The translations under genes were made by a program, and so were the position numbers. The notes beneath the pieces were generated by a model. It ran no database searches. It was not told where the DNA came from and was given only the letters and a program-made list of their open reading frames with translations. Of a DNA stretch of 64,000 nucleotides, positions 1-9,518 are shown piece after piece. How positions within the stretch are numbered: position 1 is the stretch's first letter; each line of letters begins with the position of its first letter. Origin of the DNA: an uncultured Acetatifactor sp. (GTDB lineage: Bacteria; Bacillota; Clostridia; Lachnospirales; Lachnospiraceae); contig CAJTPN010000002.1 in assembly GCA_910578185.1 (NCBI GenBank), positions 117,158 through 181,157 on the forward strand, given 5' to 3'.

Positions 1-2
1 TA

Positions 3-1385
3 TTTGATAAGACACGTTTTAAAGAAGATGATGTGAAAAGCCGTCTTCATGAGACTGCTTATCTGAATCCGGAGCTGACGATCTGCTTTGAGGACAGGCG
101 GCGGGAAGAGCCGGAAGTGATCACTTTTCATGAGCCGGAGGGAATTACCGGCTTTATCAAGGATATGAATAAAACACAGGATCCCATTCATGAAGTGATT
201 TATTTTAAGGGAGAAAGCGAAGGCATTTCCGTGGAGGTGGCGTTTCAATACATTAACGAATTCCATGAAAATGTGCTGGGATTTTGTAATAATATATATA
301 ATTCTGAGGGTGGAACCCACCTGACCGGATTTAAGACCATGTTTACCAATATAATCAATACTTATGCCAGAGAGCTTGGAATTTTAAAGGAAAAGGATGC
401 GAATTTTACCGGGGCGGACGTGAGAAACGGTATGACGGCGGTGGTGTCCATCAAACATCCGGATCCCAGGTTTGAGGGACAGACCAAGACAAAGCTGGAT
501 AATCAGGACGCGGCCAAGGTGGTATCCAAGGTGACCGGTGAGGAGATGGGGCGTTTCTTTGACAGGAATATTGAGACATTAAAAAATATCATTTCCTGTG
601 CGGAGAAGGCGGCCAAGATCCGGAAAACGGAGGAACGGGCAAGGACCAATATGTTGACCAAACAGAAGTTTTCTTTTGATTCCAACGGGAAACTGGCTAA
701 CTGTGAGTCAAAGGATCCTTCCGTCTGTGAGATATTTATCGTGGAGGGCGATTCTGCGGGGGGCAGCGCCAAGATGGCAAGGAACCGGATGTTTCAGGCG
801 ATTCTCCCCATTCGTGGCAAGATATTAAATGTGGAAAAAGCCAGCATTGACAAGGTATTGGCTAACGCGGAGATCAAGACCATGATCAATGCCTTCGGCT
901 GCGGATTTTCGGAGGGGTATGGGAACGACTTTGATATCCGCAAACTGCGCTATGACAAAATCATTATTATGGCCGATGCGGATGTGGACGGATCCCATAT
1001 TTCCAATCTGCTTCTGACGCTGTTTTACAGGTTCATGCCGGAACTGATTTTTGAAGGACATGTCTATATCGCCATGCCACCGTTGTATAAAGTAATGCCC
1101 TCCAAAGGGGAAGAGCAATATCTTTATGATGACAAGGCGCTGGAAAAATACCGCAAAACCCATAAGAGCCCGTTTACGTTACAGCGTTACAAAGGTCTGG
1201 GAGAGATGGATGCGGATCAGCTGTGGGATACAACCCTGAACCCGGATACCAGGAGAATGAAGCTGGTGGAGATCGAGGACGCCAGGATGGCGTCTGAAGT
1301 GACGGAATTGCTTATGGGGACGGAGGTACCTCCCAGAAAGACTTTTATCTATGAACATGCGGCAGATGCGGCATTGGATGTGTAA
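3..1385 (+). CDS. parE: Type IIA topoisomerase subunit B, 5'-truncated by the window edge; probably topoisomerase IV ParE
   Basis: Frame is open from position 3 (FDKTRFKEDDVKSRLHE). Contains EGGTH, FEGQTK, TOPRIM EGDSAGG, PIRGK, DADVDG and QRYKGLGEM. parE rather than gyrB is inferred from the partner lacking a GyrA-box. Confidence 0.85.
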   Translation, partial: FDKTRFKEDDVKSRLHETAYLNPELTICFEDRRREEPEVITFHEPEGITGFIKDMNKTQDPIHEVIYFKGESEGISVEVAFQYINEFHENVLGFCNNIYNSEGGTHLTGFKTMFTNIINTYARELGILKEKDANFTGADVRNGMTAVVSIKHPDPRFEGQTKTKLDNQDAAKVVSKVTGEEMGRFFDRNIETLKNIISCAEKAAKIRKTEERARTNMLTKQKFSFDSNGKLANCESKDPSVCEIFIVEGDSAGGSAKMARNRMFQAILPIRGKILNVEKASIDKVLANAEIKTMINAFGCGFSEGYGNDFDIRKLRYDKIIIMADADVDGSHISNLLLTLFYRFMPELIFEGHVYIAMPPLYKVMPSKGEEQYLYDDKALEKYRKTHKSPFTLQRYKGLGEMDADQLWDTTLNPDTRRMKLVEIEDARMASEVTELLMGTEVPPRKTFIYEHAADAALDV

Positions 1386-1388
1386 AGT

Positions 1389-1417
1389 TTTACAAAGGTT
1401 CCAATATATGATATACT
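1389..1417 (+). promoter_or_regulatory. Internal sigmaA-type promoter upstream of parC
   Basis: TTTACA (1389)-17 bp-TATACT (1412), with extended -10 TG at 1409-1410. Confidence 0.55.
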
Positions 1418-1486
1418 GTAACAATTCAGGAAGGTTACTGAACTGATTTGATTTCCCCATGATATGCAGGAGGTATGATATAACCA

Positions 1487-3721
1487 ATGGACGACAGCAG
1501 AATCATCAAAACGGAATATTCCGAGGAAATGCGGAAATCTTTCATAGATTATGCAATGAGCGTTATCATTGCCAGGGCGCTGCCTGATATCCGGGACGGA
1601 CTCAAGCCCGTGCAACGCCGAACCTTGTACGATATGTATGAGCTTGGAATCCGATATGACAGGCCTTATCGAAAGAGCGCGCGTATCGTGGGGGATACCA
1701 TGGGTAAATATCATCCCCACGGAGACAGTTCCATCTATGACTCCCTTGTGGTTATGGCGCAGGATTTTAAGAAAAGCATGCCCCTTGTGGACGGACATGG
1801 GAATTTCGGCAATATTGAAGGGGACGGGTCCGCTGCCATGCGATATACTGAGGCCAGGCTGCAGAAGGTGACACAGGAGGCCTTTCTGGGAGATCTGGAC
1901 AAGGATGTGGTAGATTTTGTCCCCAATTTTGACGAAACGGAAAAAGAACCTTCCGTGCTGCCGGTGAAAATTCCGAATTTTCTTGTGAATGGCTCCGAAG
2001 GAATTGCGGTGGGCATGACCACCAGCACGCCGCCTCATAACCTGGGTGAAGTGATAGATGCCATGAAGGCTTATATGCAGGACGAGAATATTTCCACCCA
2101 AGGGCTGATGCGATATCTGAAAGGGCCTGACTTTCCTACGGGGGGAATTGTCACCAATAAGGATGAGCTTTTAAACATTTACGAGACAGGCGTGGGGAAA
2201 ATCAAAATCCGTGGCAGAGTGGATTTTGAACAGGTAAAGGGCGGGAAGACAAATGTGGTCATCACCCAGATCCCATACACTATGATCGGTGTGAACATAT
2301 CAAAATTTCTTTCCGATGTGGCGGCGCTGGCAGAGACGAAGAAGACATCGGATATTGTGGATATCTCCAATCAGTCCTCAAAGGAAGGCATCCGCATTGT
2401 GATAGAACTCAGAAAAGATGCGGATCCGGAAAACTTTGTAAATCTTCTTTATAAAAAAACCAGGCTGGAGGATACTTTCGGGGTCAACATGCTTGCCATC
2501 AGTGACGGCAGACCGGAAACCATGGGCTTAAAGGCGATCCTTAAGGCAAATGTTGATTTCCAGTTCCAGATTGCCACCAGGAAATATAACAATCTTCTGG
2601 CGAAAGAAATGGAGCGCAAGGAAGTTCAGGAAGGACTGATCAAGGCGTGCAATGTCATTGATCTGATCATAGAGATCTTGAGAGGGTCCAAGGACAGGGC
2701 CATGGCAAAGGCTTGTCTGGTGGAGGGAAAAATCACCGGAATAAAATTTAAATCCAAGGAATCCAAGATCATGGCTGCACAGTTAGCATTCACGGAGAGA
2801 CAGGCCAATGCCATACTGGAAATGCGGCTGTACAAACTGATCGGACTGGAAATAGAGGCGCTGATCAAAGATCATGAGGAAACCATGGCAAATATCTATC
2901 GCTATGAGGATATCTTAGAGCGCAGGGATTCTATGGCCCAGGTTATCATCAATGAATTGGATGGCTACAAAAAAGAATATGCCAGAAAGAGAAGAACCTC
3001 CATTGAAAATGCTCAGGAGGCAGTCTATAGGGAGAAGGAACAGGAGGAGATGGAGGTTGTATTCCTCATGGACCGTTTCGGATATGCCAAGACCATAGAC
3101 ATGGCTGTGTACGAAAGAAATAAAGAGGCCGCAGATGCGGAAAACAAATATATCTTTACCTGTATGAATACCGGGAAAGTGTGTCTGTTTACTTCTGCGG
3201 GACAGCTGCACACCATCAAGGTGATGGATATCCCCTTTGGAAAATTTCGTGATAAGGGGATTCCCATAGATAATATCAGCAATTATAATTCCGAAAAAGA
3301 GGAAATTATCTATATTACAAATCAGACGGAGCTGAACTTAAGACAAGTTATCTTTGTGACGGCCCAGTCCATGTGTAAACTGGTAAATGGAGGGGAGTTT
3401 GACGTCTCAAAACGTACCGTTGCGGCCACAAAGCTGGCGGAAGGGGATCTTGTGGTCAGCGTGATGCCGCTTTTGGAACAAAGCAATATTGTGATGCAGA
3501 CCAAAGGGGGATATTTCCTGAAATTTCCCATAGGTGAAATACCGGAGAAGAAAAAAGGAGCCATCGGTGTAAGGGGAATGAAGCTGGGTGAAAAAGATCT
3601 GGTGGAAAATGTCTATTATGTTCAAAATGCGGTTGAAACTACGGTTACGTATAATGGTAAGGATATTGCTCTTAATCATTTGAAAACCGGAAGCAGGGAC
3701 AGCAAGGGAACAAAGAAATGA
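1487..3721 (+). CDS. parC: Type IIA topoisomerase subunit A, probably topoisomerase IV ParC
   Basis: RALPDIRDGLKPVQRR, HPHGDSSIYD, catalytic AAMRYTE; 744 aa with a short C-terminal domain and no QxRGGKG GyrA-box. Confidence 0.85.
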   Translation: MDDSRIIKTEYSEEMRKSFIDYAMSVIIARALPDIRDGLKPVQRRTLYDMYELGIRYDRPYRKSARIVGDTMGKYHPHGDSSIYDSLVVMAQDFKKSMPLVDGHGNFGNIEGDGSAAMRYTEARLQKVTQEAFLGDLDKDVVDFVPNFDETEKEPSVLPVKIPNFLVNGSEGIAVGMTTSTPPHNLGEVIDAMKAYMQDENISTQGLMRYLKGPDFPTGGIVTNKDELLNIYETGVGKIKIRGRVDFEQVKGGKTNVVITQIPYTMIGVNISKFLSDVAALAETKKTSDIVDISNQSSKEGIRIVIELRKDADPENFVNLLYKKTRLEDTFGVNMLAISDGRPETMGLKAILKANVDFQFQIATRKYNNLLAKEMERKEVQEGLIKACNVIDLIIEILRGSKDRAMAKACLVEGKITGIKFKSKESKIMAAQLAFTERQANAILEMRLYKLIGLEIEALIKDHEETMANIYRYEDILERRDSMAQVIINELDGYKKEYARKRRTSIENAQEAVYREKEQEEMEVVFLMDRFGYAKTIDMAVYERNKEAADAENKYIFTCMNTGKVCLFTSAGQLHTIKVMDIPFGKFRDKGIPIDNISNYNSEKEEIIYITNQTELNLRQVIFVTAQSMCKLVNGGEFDVSKRTVAATKLAEGDLVVSVMPLLEQSNIVMQTKGGYFLKFPIGEIPEKKKGAIGVRGMKLGEKDLVENVYYVQNAVETTVTYNGKDIALNHLKTGSRDSKGTKK

Positions 3722-3731
3722 GGAGGGATAC

Positions 3732-4298
3732 ATGAGAGTAATCGCGGGGACAGCCAGGAGCCTGCCGTTAAAGGCGCCAGAGGGGACGGATACCAGGCCT
3801 ACCACGGACAGGATCAAGGAAACCTTGTTTAACATTTTGCAGCCATATTTGCCTGGCAGTGTATTTATGGATTTGTTCAGCGGCAGCGGCGGCATTGGCA
3901 TTGAGGCGTTAAGCCGCGGTGCCGGAAAGGCGTATTTTGTGGAGAATGCCTCCAAGGCAATTTCCTGTATTCAGCAGAATCTTTTATTTACGAAAATGCA
4001 GGATCGTGCTATAGTATTAAAGCAGGAGGTCTGCAGTGCATTATGTGCAATCAGGGACAGAAGGCTTGAGGAAAGGGTGGATATTATTTTTATGGATCCC
4101 CCTTATAACGGCGGATATGAAACAACGGTGCTGGCGGCCTTGGGAGAGATGCCCTATGTTACGGGGGAAACCATGATAATCATAGAGACATCCATAAACG
4201 CGGAACTTGCGGAACTTTCCCAATTTGGCTTTGCATTGACAAGGGAAAAATGTTATAAGACAAATAAACATATTTTTTTGAAAAGGATATCAATATGA
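3732..4298 (+). CDS. rsmD: 16S rRNA m2G966 methyltransferase
   Basis: [30 protein letters not shown]. Confidence 0.95.
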   Translation: MRVIAGTARSLPLKAPEGTDTRPTTDRIKETLFNILQPYLPGSVFMDLFSGSGGIGIEALSRGAGKAYFVENASKAISCIQQNLLFTKMQDRAIVLKQEVCSALCAIRDRRLEERVDIIFMDPPYNGGYETTVLAALGEMPYVTGETMIIIETSINAELAELSQFGFALTREKCYKTNKHIFLKRISI

Positions 4299-4783
4299 AA
4301 CGTGCGGTTTATCCTGGAAGTTTTGATCCTGTCACATTTGGACATCTGGATGTGATCAGGCGTGCTTCCCAAGTTTTTGACGTGCTGGTAGTCAGCGTTT
4401 TAAACAACAAAGTAAAGACACCGTTGTTTTCTGTGGAGGAACGTGTTAAGATATTAGAAGAAGCCACAAAAGATATTCCCAATGTAGAGGTGGATAGCTT
4501 CAGCGGCCTGCTGATTAATTATGCGGCAGAGAAGAATATCCATGTGGCTGTCCGGGGGCTGCGTGCCATCACTGACTTTGAATATGAGCTGCAGATTGCC
4601 CAGACAAACAGAAAGCTTTCTGAGGGCAGGCTGGATACCATCTTCCTCACTACAAGTCTGGAGTACGCATATTTAAGTTCCTCCAGCGTTAAGGAAATAG
4701 CCAGTTTTGGCGGGGATATCAGTCAGTGTGTGCCGGAGTTTGTGGCAGAGTTGATCTACGAGAAATACCGTATCCAGAAATAG
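4295..4783 (+). CDS. coaD: Phosphopantetheine adenylyltransferase
   Basis: [37 protein letters not shown] overlap with rsmD. Confidence 0.97.
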   Translation: MKRAVYPGSFDPVTFGHLDVIRRASQVFDVLVVSVLNNKVKTPLFSVEERVKILEEATKDIPNVEVDSFSGLLINYAAEKNIHVAVRGLRAITDFEYELQIAQTNRKLSEGRLDTIFLTTSLEYAYLSSSSVKEIASFGGDISQCVPEFVAELIYEKYRIQK

Positions 4784-4804
4784 AGTGGAATAGGAGCGAC
4801 GTTT

Positions 4805-5404
4805 ATGAGTAGCAGGATAGAGCAACTGATAGATGAATTAGAGGAGTATATAGAAAGCTGTAAGCCAAAACTCTGGTCCAGTTCGGAAATCATCGTCAAC
4901 AAGGATGACATTGATGATTTGCTTCGTGAACTGCGCATGAAAACTCCGGATGAGATTAAGCGCTATCAGAAAATTATCAGCAATAAGGAAGCAATCCTAA
5001 ACGATGCCCGTGCCAAGGCCCAGGCGCTGATAGATGAAGCGACTGTCCATACTACCGAACTGCTCAGTGAGCATGAGATCATGCAGCAGGCTCATGCCCA
5101 GGCAAACGGAATTGTGACAACTGCTGCCCGGCAGGCACAAGAGATTTTGGACAAAGCCACCATTGAAGCAAATAATTTAAAGATGCAGGCATCAAAATAT
5201 ACGGAAGACAGACTGGCGGAGTTGAATGTCATTGTTCAGTCCGCAATTCAGACCACAGCCGCTAATTATGAGAAAACCATGGGGGCGTTGATACAGTATC
5301 GGGATTTGATACAATCCAATATCCGTGCGCTTCGTCCGGTGGAGGATTTGGAGGAACTCCCTTTGGATGAGCATGAAGATGACAAGGATATTGACGAGAT
5401 GTAG
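4805..5404 (+). CDS. Conserved coiled-coil protein downstream of coaD (DivIVA/SepIVA-like)
   Basis: IDELEEYIE start, Ala/Gln/Glu-rich heptads (AQEILDKA), acidic tail; position after coaD. Confidence 0.7.
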   Translation: MSSRIEQLIDELEEYIESCKPKLWSSSEIIVNKDDIDDLLRELRMKTPDEIKRYQKIISNKEAILNDARAKAQALIDEATVHTTELLSEHEIMQQAHAQANGIVTTAARQAQEILDKATIEANNLKMQASKYTEDRLAELNVIVQSAIQTTAANYEKTMGALIQYRDLIQSNIRALRPVEDLEELPLDEHEDDKDIDEM

Positions 5405-5444
5405 ATGAGGAGCAATTTACTTCAGTGATATAGAGGACAATTTT

Positions 5445-5494
5445 GTTACAGTTTGGCCTTATGCTGCGGGTACGGCATAAGACTGAACTGTAAC
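5445..5494 (+). terminator. Long hairpin after the parC-rsmD-coaD unit, probable terminator
   Basis: GTTACAGTTTGGCCTTATGCTG pairs with CGGCATAAGACTGAACTGTAAC; weak T-rich tail TTGGTTTT. Confidence 0.6.
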
Positions 5495-5540
5495 TTGGTT
5501 TTATAAGAAAGTTGTTTTTGATCTTTTGAAAGGGGATTTT

Positions 5541-7040
5541 ATGCGCAGATTTTTGGCGGCATTGGCGACCGTATTTTTGATGTTCCTATTGATTCCGGAT
5601 GTTGCTGTGTATGCGGCGCCCCGTCTGCAGGATGTGGAGCGGACTGAGGATAAAGTAGTGATTGTCATAGATCCAGGACATGGTGGGAAGAATCTGGGAA
5701 CCACTCAAAACAGCCATGTGGAAAAGCAGATGACCTTGATTACCGCAATGGCCATGTATGAGGAACTTCTGTTGTATGACAATGTGGATGTCTATCTGAC
5801 CCGAACCGAGGACAAGGACGTGACCATCAAGGCAAGAGCGGAGTATGCCGCACAGGTGGATGCTGATTTTTTGTTCAGCATTCACTATAATGCATCAGAA
5901 ACACACACTGCTTATGGCGCCGAGGTATGGGTGTCTGCATTTGCACCATATAACGGATATGGATATCAATTTGGATATGAAATTCTGTCCGATATGAGGG
6001 AGAAGGGGCTGCTGGTAAGAGGCGTCAAGACGCGTCTTGGAGATAAAGGCCTGGATTACTATGGCATTATAAGGGAGTCAGTTGCCTTGCAGATCCCTTC
6101 CGTTATCATTGAACACTGCCATGTGGATGAGGAACATGATACAGGTTACTGTGATGACGAGGAGAAGCTTAAGGAATTCGGGAGGATGGACGCCACTGCG
6201 GTGGCCAGATATTTTGGATTAAAAAGCAAGGTACTGCAGGCGGATTATTCCGATTATGCACTTGCGGAGTCAAGTGGAACCCAAAAGGTTGGAATAACAA
6301 TTCAGGACACTACAAAGCCGGATGTATGTCAGATTTCACTGTCGGATTTTGATTCGGAAAAAGGAAGGCTTATTTTTTCTGTCACCGCTTCGGATCAGGA
6401 TTCCGGGCTTTTATATTACAGTTATAGTTTGGATGGGGGAAAGAATTTCAGTGCCAGGGAGGTCTGGCCGGACAGCGATACCTTGACGGGCAGGTATCAA
6501 GAAACATTTCTCCTGGATTTGGACTACTCTCCTGGGACGCAGCCGAAGGTGGTGGTGCGCGCCTATAACCCATATGATTTGTATACGGAAAGTAATTGCT
6601 TTGCGGTGAATGACAAGGAGATCGGAAATCTGGTTGACAAGGTGGTAAAACCGGGGGAGGAAGTATCCGGGGGTCAGTCAGACGCTTCCGGTGCGGCGGC
6701 AAAAACGGAAGATACCCCAGGAATGGATCAAACCGGAAAGTCAGGTGCAACGGGAAGCCAGGAGAATGGGATGGATGTGGGGCAGCCAGAGAATCATGAC
6801 GTCGGGGACGGACATACAAGTATAGAGGTGCTGCCTGTGAACGGAGGATTGGCAGAGTCGTTTTTTGAACATGGCAAAGCCCAAGGACGTCTGTTGGATA
6901 TCATCCCGGTTGTACTCGGTCTTATCGGGCTGTTGCTGCTTCTGCTGACGGCGTTGCAATGGGGCTTATACCGCAGCCGTAAGAAGCGCAGAATTCAGGA
7001 AAGAAAGAATGATGGCAGGGACACGAACCATAAAATATAG
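5541..7040 (+). CDS. N-acetylmuramoyl-L-alanine amidase (Amidase_3) with signal peptide and C-terminal membrane anchor
   Basis: IDPGHGG, EKQMTL, LTRTED, SIHYNA, IIEH motifs; C-terminal hydrophobic helix followed by RSRKKRR; AAGGGG RBS before ATG 5541. Confidence 0.88.
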   Translation: MRRFLAALATVFLMFLLIPDVAVYAAPRLQDVERTEDKVVIVIDPGHGGKNLGTTQNSHVEKQMTLITAMAMYEELLLYDNVDVYLTRTEDKDVTIKARAEYAAQVDADFLFSIHYNASETHTAYGAEVWVSAFAPYNGYGYQFGYEILSDMREKGLLVRGVKTRLGDKGLDYYGIIRESVALQIPSVIIEHCHVDEEHDTGYCDDEEKLKEFGRMDATAVARYFGLKSKVLQADYSDYALAESSGTQKVGITIQDTTKPDVCQISLSDFDSEKGRLIFSVTASDQDSGLLYYSYSLDGGKNFSAREVWPDSDTLTGRYQETFLLDLDYSPGTQPKVVVRAYNPYDLYTESNCFAVNDKEIGNLVDKVVKPGEEVSGGQSDASGAAAKTEDTPGMDQTGKSGATGSQENGMDVGQPENHDVGDGHTSIEVLPVNGGLAESFFEHGKAQGRLLDIIPVVLGLIGLLLLLLTALQWGLYRSRKKRRIQERKNDGRDTNHKI

Positions 7041-7942
7041 AACAAGCCGTTCAGCAGGGTAAGTATGATCTTGTGAAAGATATAGCGTCCGATGGATAAA
7101 TCGGAATCTCGAATGCAACTATATGTCTGGGCAATGCATGAGAGTCCGCCAAAGGACAGTGCCAGCAGGCTGTAGAGGGGAGCGGATGCCTGCAGCAGGC
7201 CAAGTCCGCCTGTGATTTCCAAAAGTGGGGAGAGGAGTTTCACAGGGCGTCCGTACAGGATATGGGGTATCAGATTCAGCAGGTTAAAAAGTATCATGTA
7301 ACCGCCCAGAGTGAAAATACTTTGCAGGGAGGCATTTATAGAGTCATTGAGTTCTTCCAGCAATCTTTCCAATAATTGAGGTTGTTTTTGGGGTACTTCA
7401 CAGCATACAAGATCCGCTGAAGGAATAGCCGTTATCTGAGAAACGGACAGATCTTTAAATGCGGTGTAGCGCAGGAGGAGTCCATAAAGGAGCGGAATAC
7501 CGTACATGCCGAAGAGGTATGGAAAGATAAGCTTTCTCTGAAGGAGGGGAAGGGCAAAGCTGCAGAAATAGACCGGGCCTATGTTATTACAGAAGGCCAG
7601 CAGGTATTCGGCTTCCCTTTTGGTAATCATCTGACGTTTGTAGAGATCGTCAACCACTCTTGCGCCCATGGGAAAACCGCAGAGAAATCCCATCAGCATG
7701 GCATAGCATACATTTTTACGCACCTTATAGAGGGGCTTTATGACAGGATAGGCGATCATGGATATTTTTTCGGTAAGCTTCATCCTGACCATGACACCTG
7801 ACAGGATCATAAAGGGCAGGAGAGAAGGGATCATTTTCTGAAACCAGAGTTCAAGTCCAATAGTTGCGTAGGACAGGCTGATTTGGGGATTGGTCAGGAT
7901 GCAGATGCACAATAATAGAAAGAACAAGGTTAACAGGATCAT
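6995..7942 (-). CDS. ylbJ: Sporulation integral membrane protein YlbJ-like
   Basis: GLELWFQKMIPSLLPF, GFLCGFPMGA, NNIGP, LEITGG, FGGLSCIAQ; GGAG RBS before ATG 7942. Confidence 0.85.
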   Translation of the reverse strand: MILLTLFFLLLCICILTNPQISLSYATIGLELWFQKMIPSLLPFMILSGVMVRMKLTEKISMIAYPVIKPLYKVRKNVCYAMLMGFLCGFPMGARVVDDLYKRQMITKREAEYLLAFCNNIGPVYFCSFALPLLQRKLIFPYLFGMYGIPLLYGLLLRYTAFKDLSVSQITAIPSADLVCCEVPQKQPQLLERLLEELNDSINASLQSIFTLGGYMILFNLLNLIPHILYGRPVKLLSPLLEITGGLGLLQASAPLYSLLALSFGGLSCIAQTYSCIRDSDLSIGRYIFHKIILTLLNGLFYILWFVSLPSFFLS

Positions 7943-8023
7943 CAGTTGTCGCTCCGTCAGGTATTGTTTTGAAATGATGGCGTGTGATGTCAATTTACTG
8001 GAAACATTGGGATGACACGATAA

Positions 8024-8053
8024 AATATATGAATGAGTAAGGGCTGGATATGC
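8024..8053 (-). promoter_or_regulatory. SigmaE-type sporulation promoter of ylbJ
   Basis: Minus strand reads GCATATC-15 bp-CATATATT, matching the sigmaE consensus; ylbJ is sigmaE-controlled in B. subtilis. Confidence 0.65.
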
Positions 8054-8754
8054 GTCTGGATAAATTTTTGTGCGAAATGGAGCTGGGGAGCCGGAGTCAG
8101 GTAAAAGCCTTGATAAGGCAGGGAGCCGTCACGGTAAACGGTATGTCTGTGGGCAAGGCTGATATACAGATCGACGAGTTTTCTGACAGTGTGTGCTGCG
8201 GAGGACGGCTTTTGATATATCAAAAATATGTGTATTATATGTTGAATAAACCAAAGGGGGTTATTTCTGCCACGGAAGATCCTGCAGCGCAAACAGTGAT
8301 TTCGCTGCTTGGCGGTGACGGCAGAAAAGGGATATTTCCTGTGGGGAGGCTGGATAAGGATACGACGGGGCTATTGGTGCTCACGGATGACGGGGAATTG
8401 GCACACAGGCTTTTGTCGCCGAAAAATCATGTGGATAAGACATATCGGTTGAAAATTTCCAAGCCTTTGACAGAGGAGAATATAAGCCGGCTGGAACAGG
8501 GGGTTGATATCGGGGAAAAAAGGCCTACACTGCCGGCTGGGGTAGCGCTGCTTGGAGAGAGGGAGCTTTTGCTGACGATCCGGGAAGGAAAATACCATCA
8601 GGTAAAAAGAATGCTGCATGCGGTGGGCAGTGAGGTATTGGATTTGGAAAGAATCTCTTTTGGCGGCATTAACCTGGACGAGAGGCTAGGACCGGGAGAA
8701 TACAGGAAACTGACAACGGAAGAGATACGCCGTCTGCAAAATGAGGGAATCTGA
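8050..8754 (+). CDS. rsuA: RsuA-family rRNA pseudouridine synthase
   Basis: S4 domain MRLDKFL, NKPKG, VGRLDKDTTGLL, EGKYHQVKRM. Confidence 0.9.
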   Translation: MRLDKFLCEMELGSRSQVKALIRQGAVTVNGMSVGKADIQIDEFSDSVCCGGRLLIYQKYVYYMLNKPKGVISATEDPAAQTVISLLGGDGRKGIFPVGRLDKDTTGLLVLTDDGELAHRLLSPKNHVDKTYRLKISKPLTEENISRLEQGVDIGEKRPTLPAGVALLGERELLLTIREGKYHQVKRMLHAVGSEVLDLERISFGGINLDERLGPGEYRKLTTEEIRRLQNEGI

Positions 8755-8795
8755 TAAAAAGCGTCCGGCACATACGGATGTGGATGGGAGACAGG

Positions 8796-9464
8796 ATGAG
8801 TGATGCGATAAAACGGGAAATGATGCGGGATATTGATGCGGTTATTTTTGATTTGGATGGTTCTCTGGTTGACTCTATGTGGATCTGGAAATCCATTGAT
8901 GTGGAATACTTGGGACGTTTTGGTATCGCTCTGCCGGAGGGGCTGCAGTCCGAGATACAGGGTATGAGCTTTACGGAGACTGCGGACTATTTCAAGAGTC
9001 ATTTTCCCATTCCGGATACTGTGGAACAGATCAAAGAGGACTGGAATCGGATGGCGTGGGATAAATATACCCTGGAGGTTCCTTTGAAAGATGGCATACC
9101 GGAATTTTTGAACGCCTGCCGTGAGAAGGGGATTCTGCTTGGCATTGCAAGCAGCAACTCAAGGCAGCTTGTGGAAAATATTATTGGTGTACATAAGCTG
9201 AAGGATTATTTTTCCTGTATTATGACAGGATGTGATGTGACCTGCGGCAAGCCGTCTCCGGAAATATATTTGACAGTGGCAAAGCGTTTGGCGGTCTCAC
9301 CCTCCCGCTGTCTTGTATTTGAAGATATCGTACAGGGAATCATGGCAGGTAAGAATGCGGGTATGCGGGTATGCGCAGTGGAGGATGCCTATTCCGTCAA
9401 TGAGAGAGAGGAAAAGCGGCGTCTTGCGGATTATTATATTGAGGATTACAGGGAAATCCTGTGA
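8796..9464 (+). CDS. HAD-superfamily phosphatase
   Basis: FDLDGSLVDS, KPSPEIY, VFED; exact start uncertain (8796 or 8820). Confidence 0.9.
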   Translation: MSDAIKREMMRDIDAVIFDLDGSLVDSMWIWKSIDVEYLGRFGIALPEGLQSEIQGMSFTETADYFKSHFPIPDTVEQIKEDWNRMAWDKYTLEVPLKDGIPEFLNACREKGILLGIASSNSRQLVENIIGVHKLKDYFSCIMTGCDVTCGKPSPEIYLTVAKRLAVSPSRCLVFEDIVQGIMAGKNAGMRVCAVEDAYSVNEREEKRRLADYYIEDYREIL

Positions 9465-9518
9465 GAAAGGAAGCCAAGGCAAAAAAGCGGACATGCCTAA
9501 GCGGCGGCATTATATCAT

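Noticed and set aside
6831..6845. LPVNG in the amidase as a sortase motif
   Set aside because: About 20 residues from the hydrophobic helix and lacks Thr
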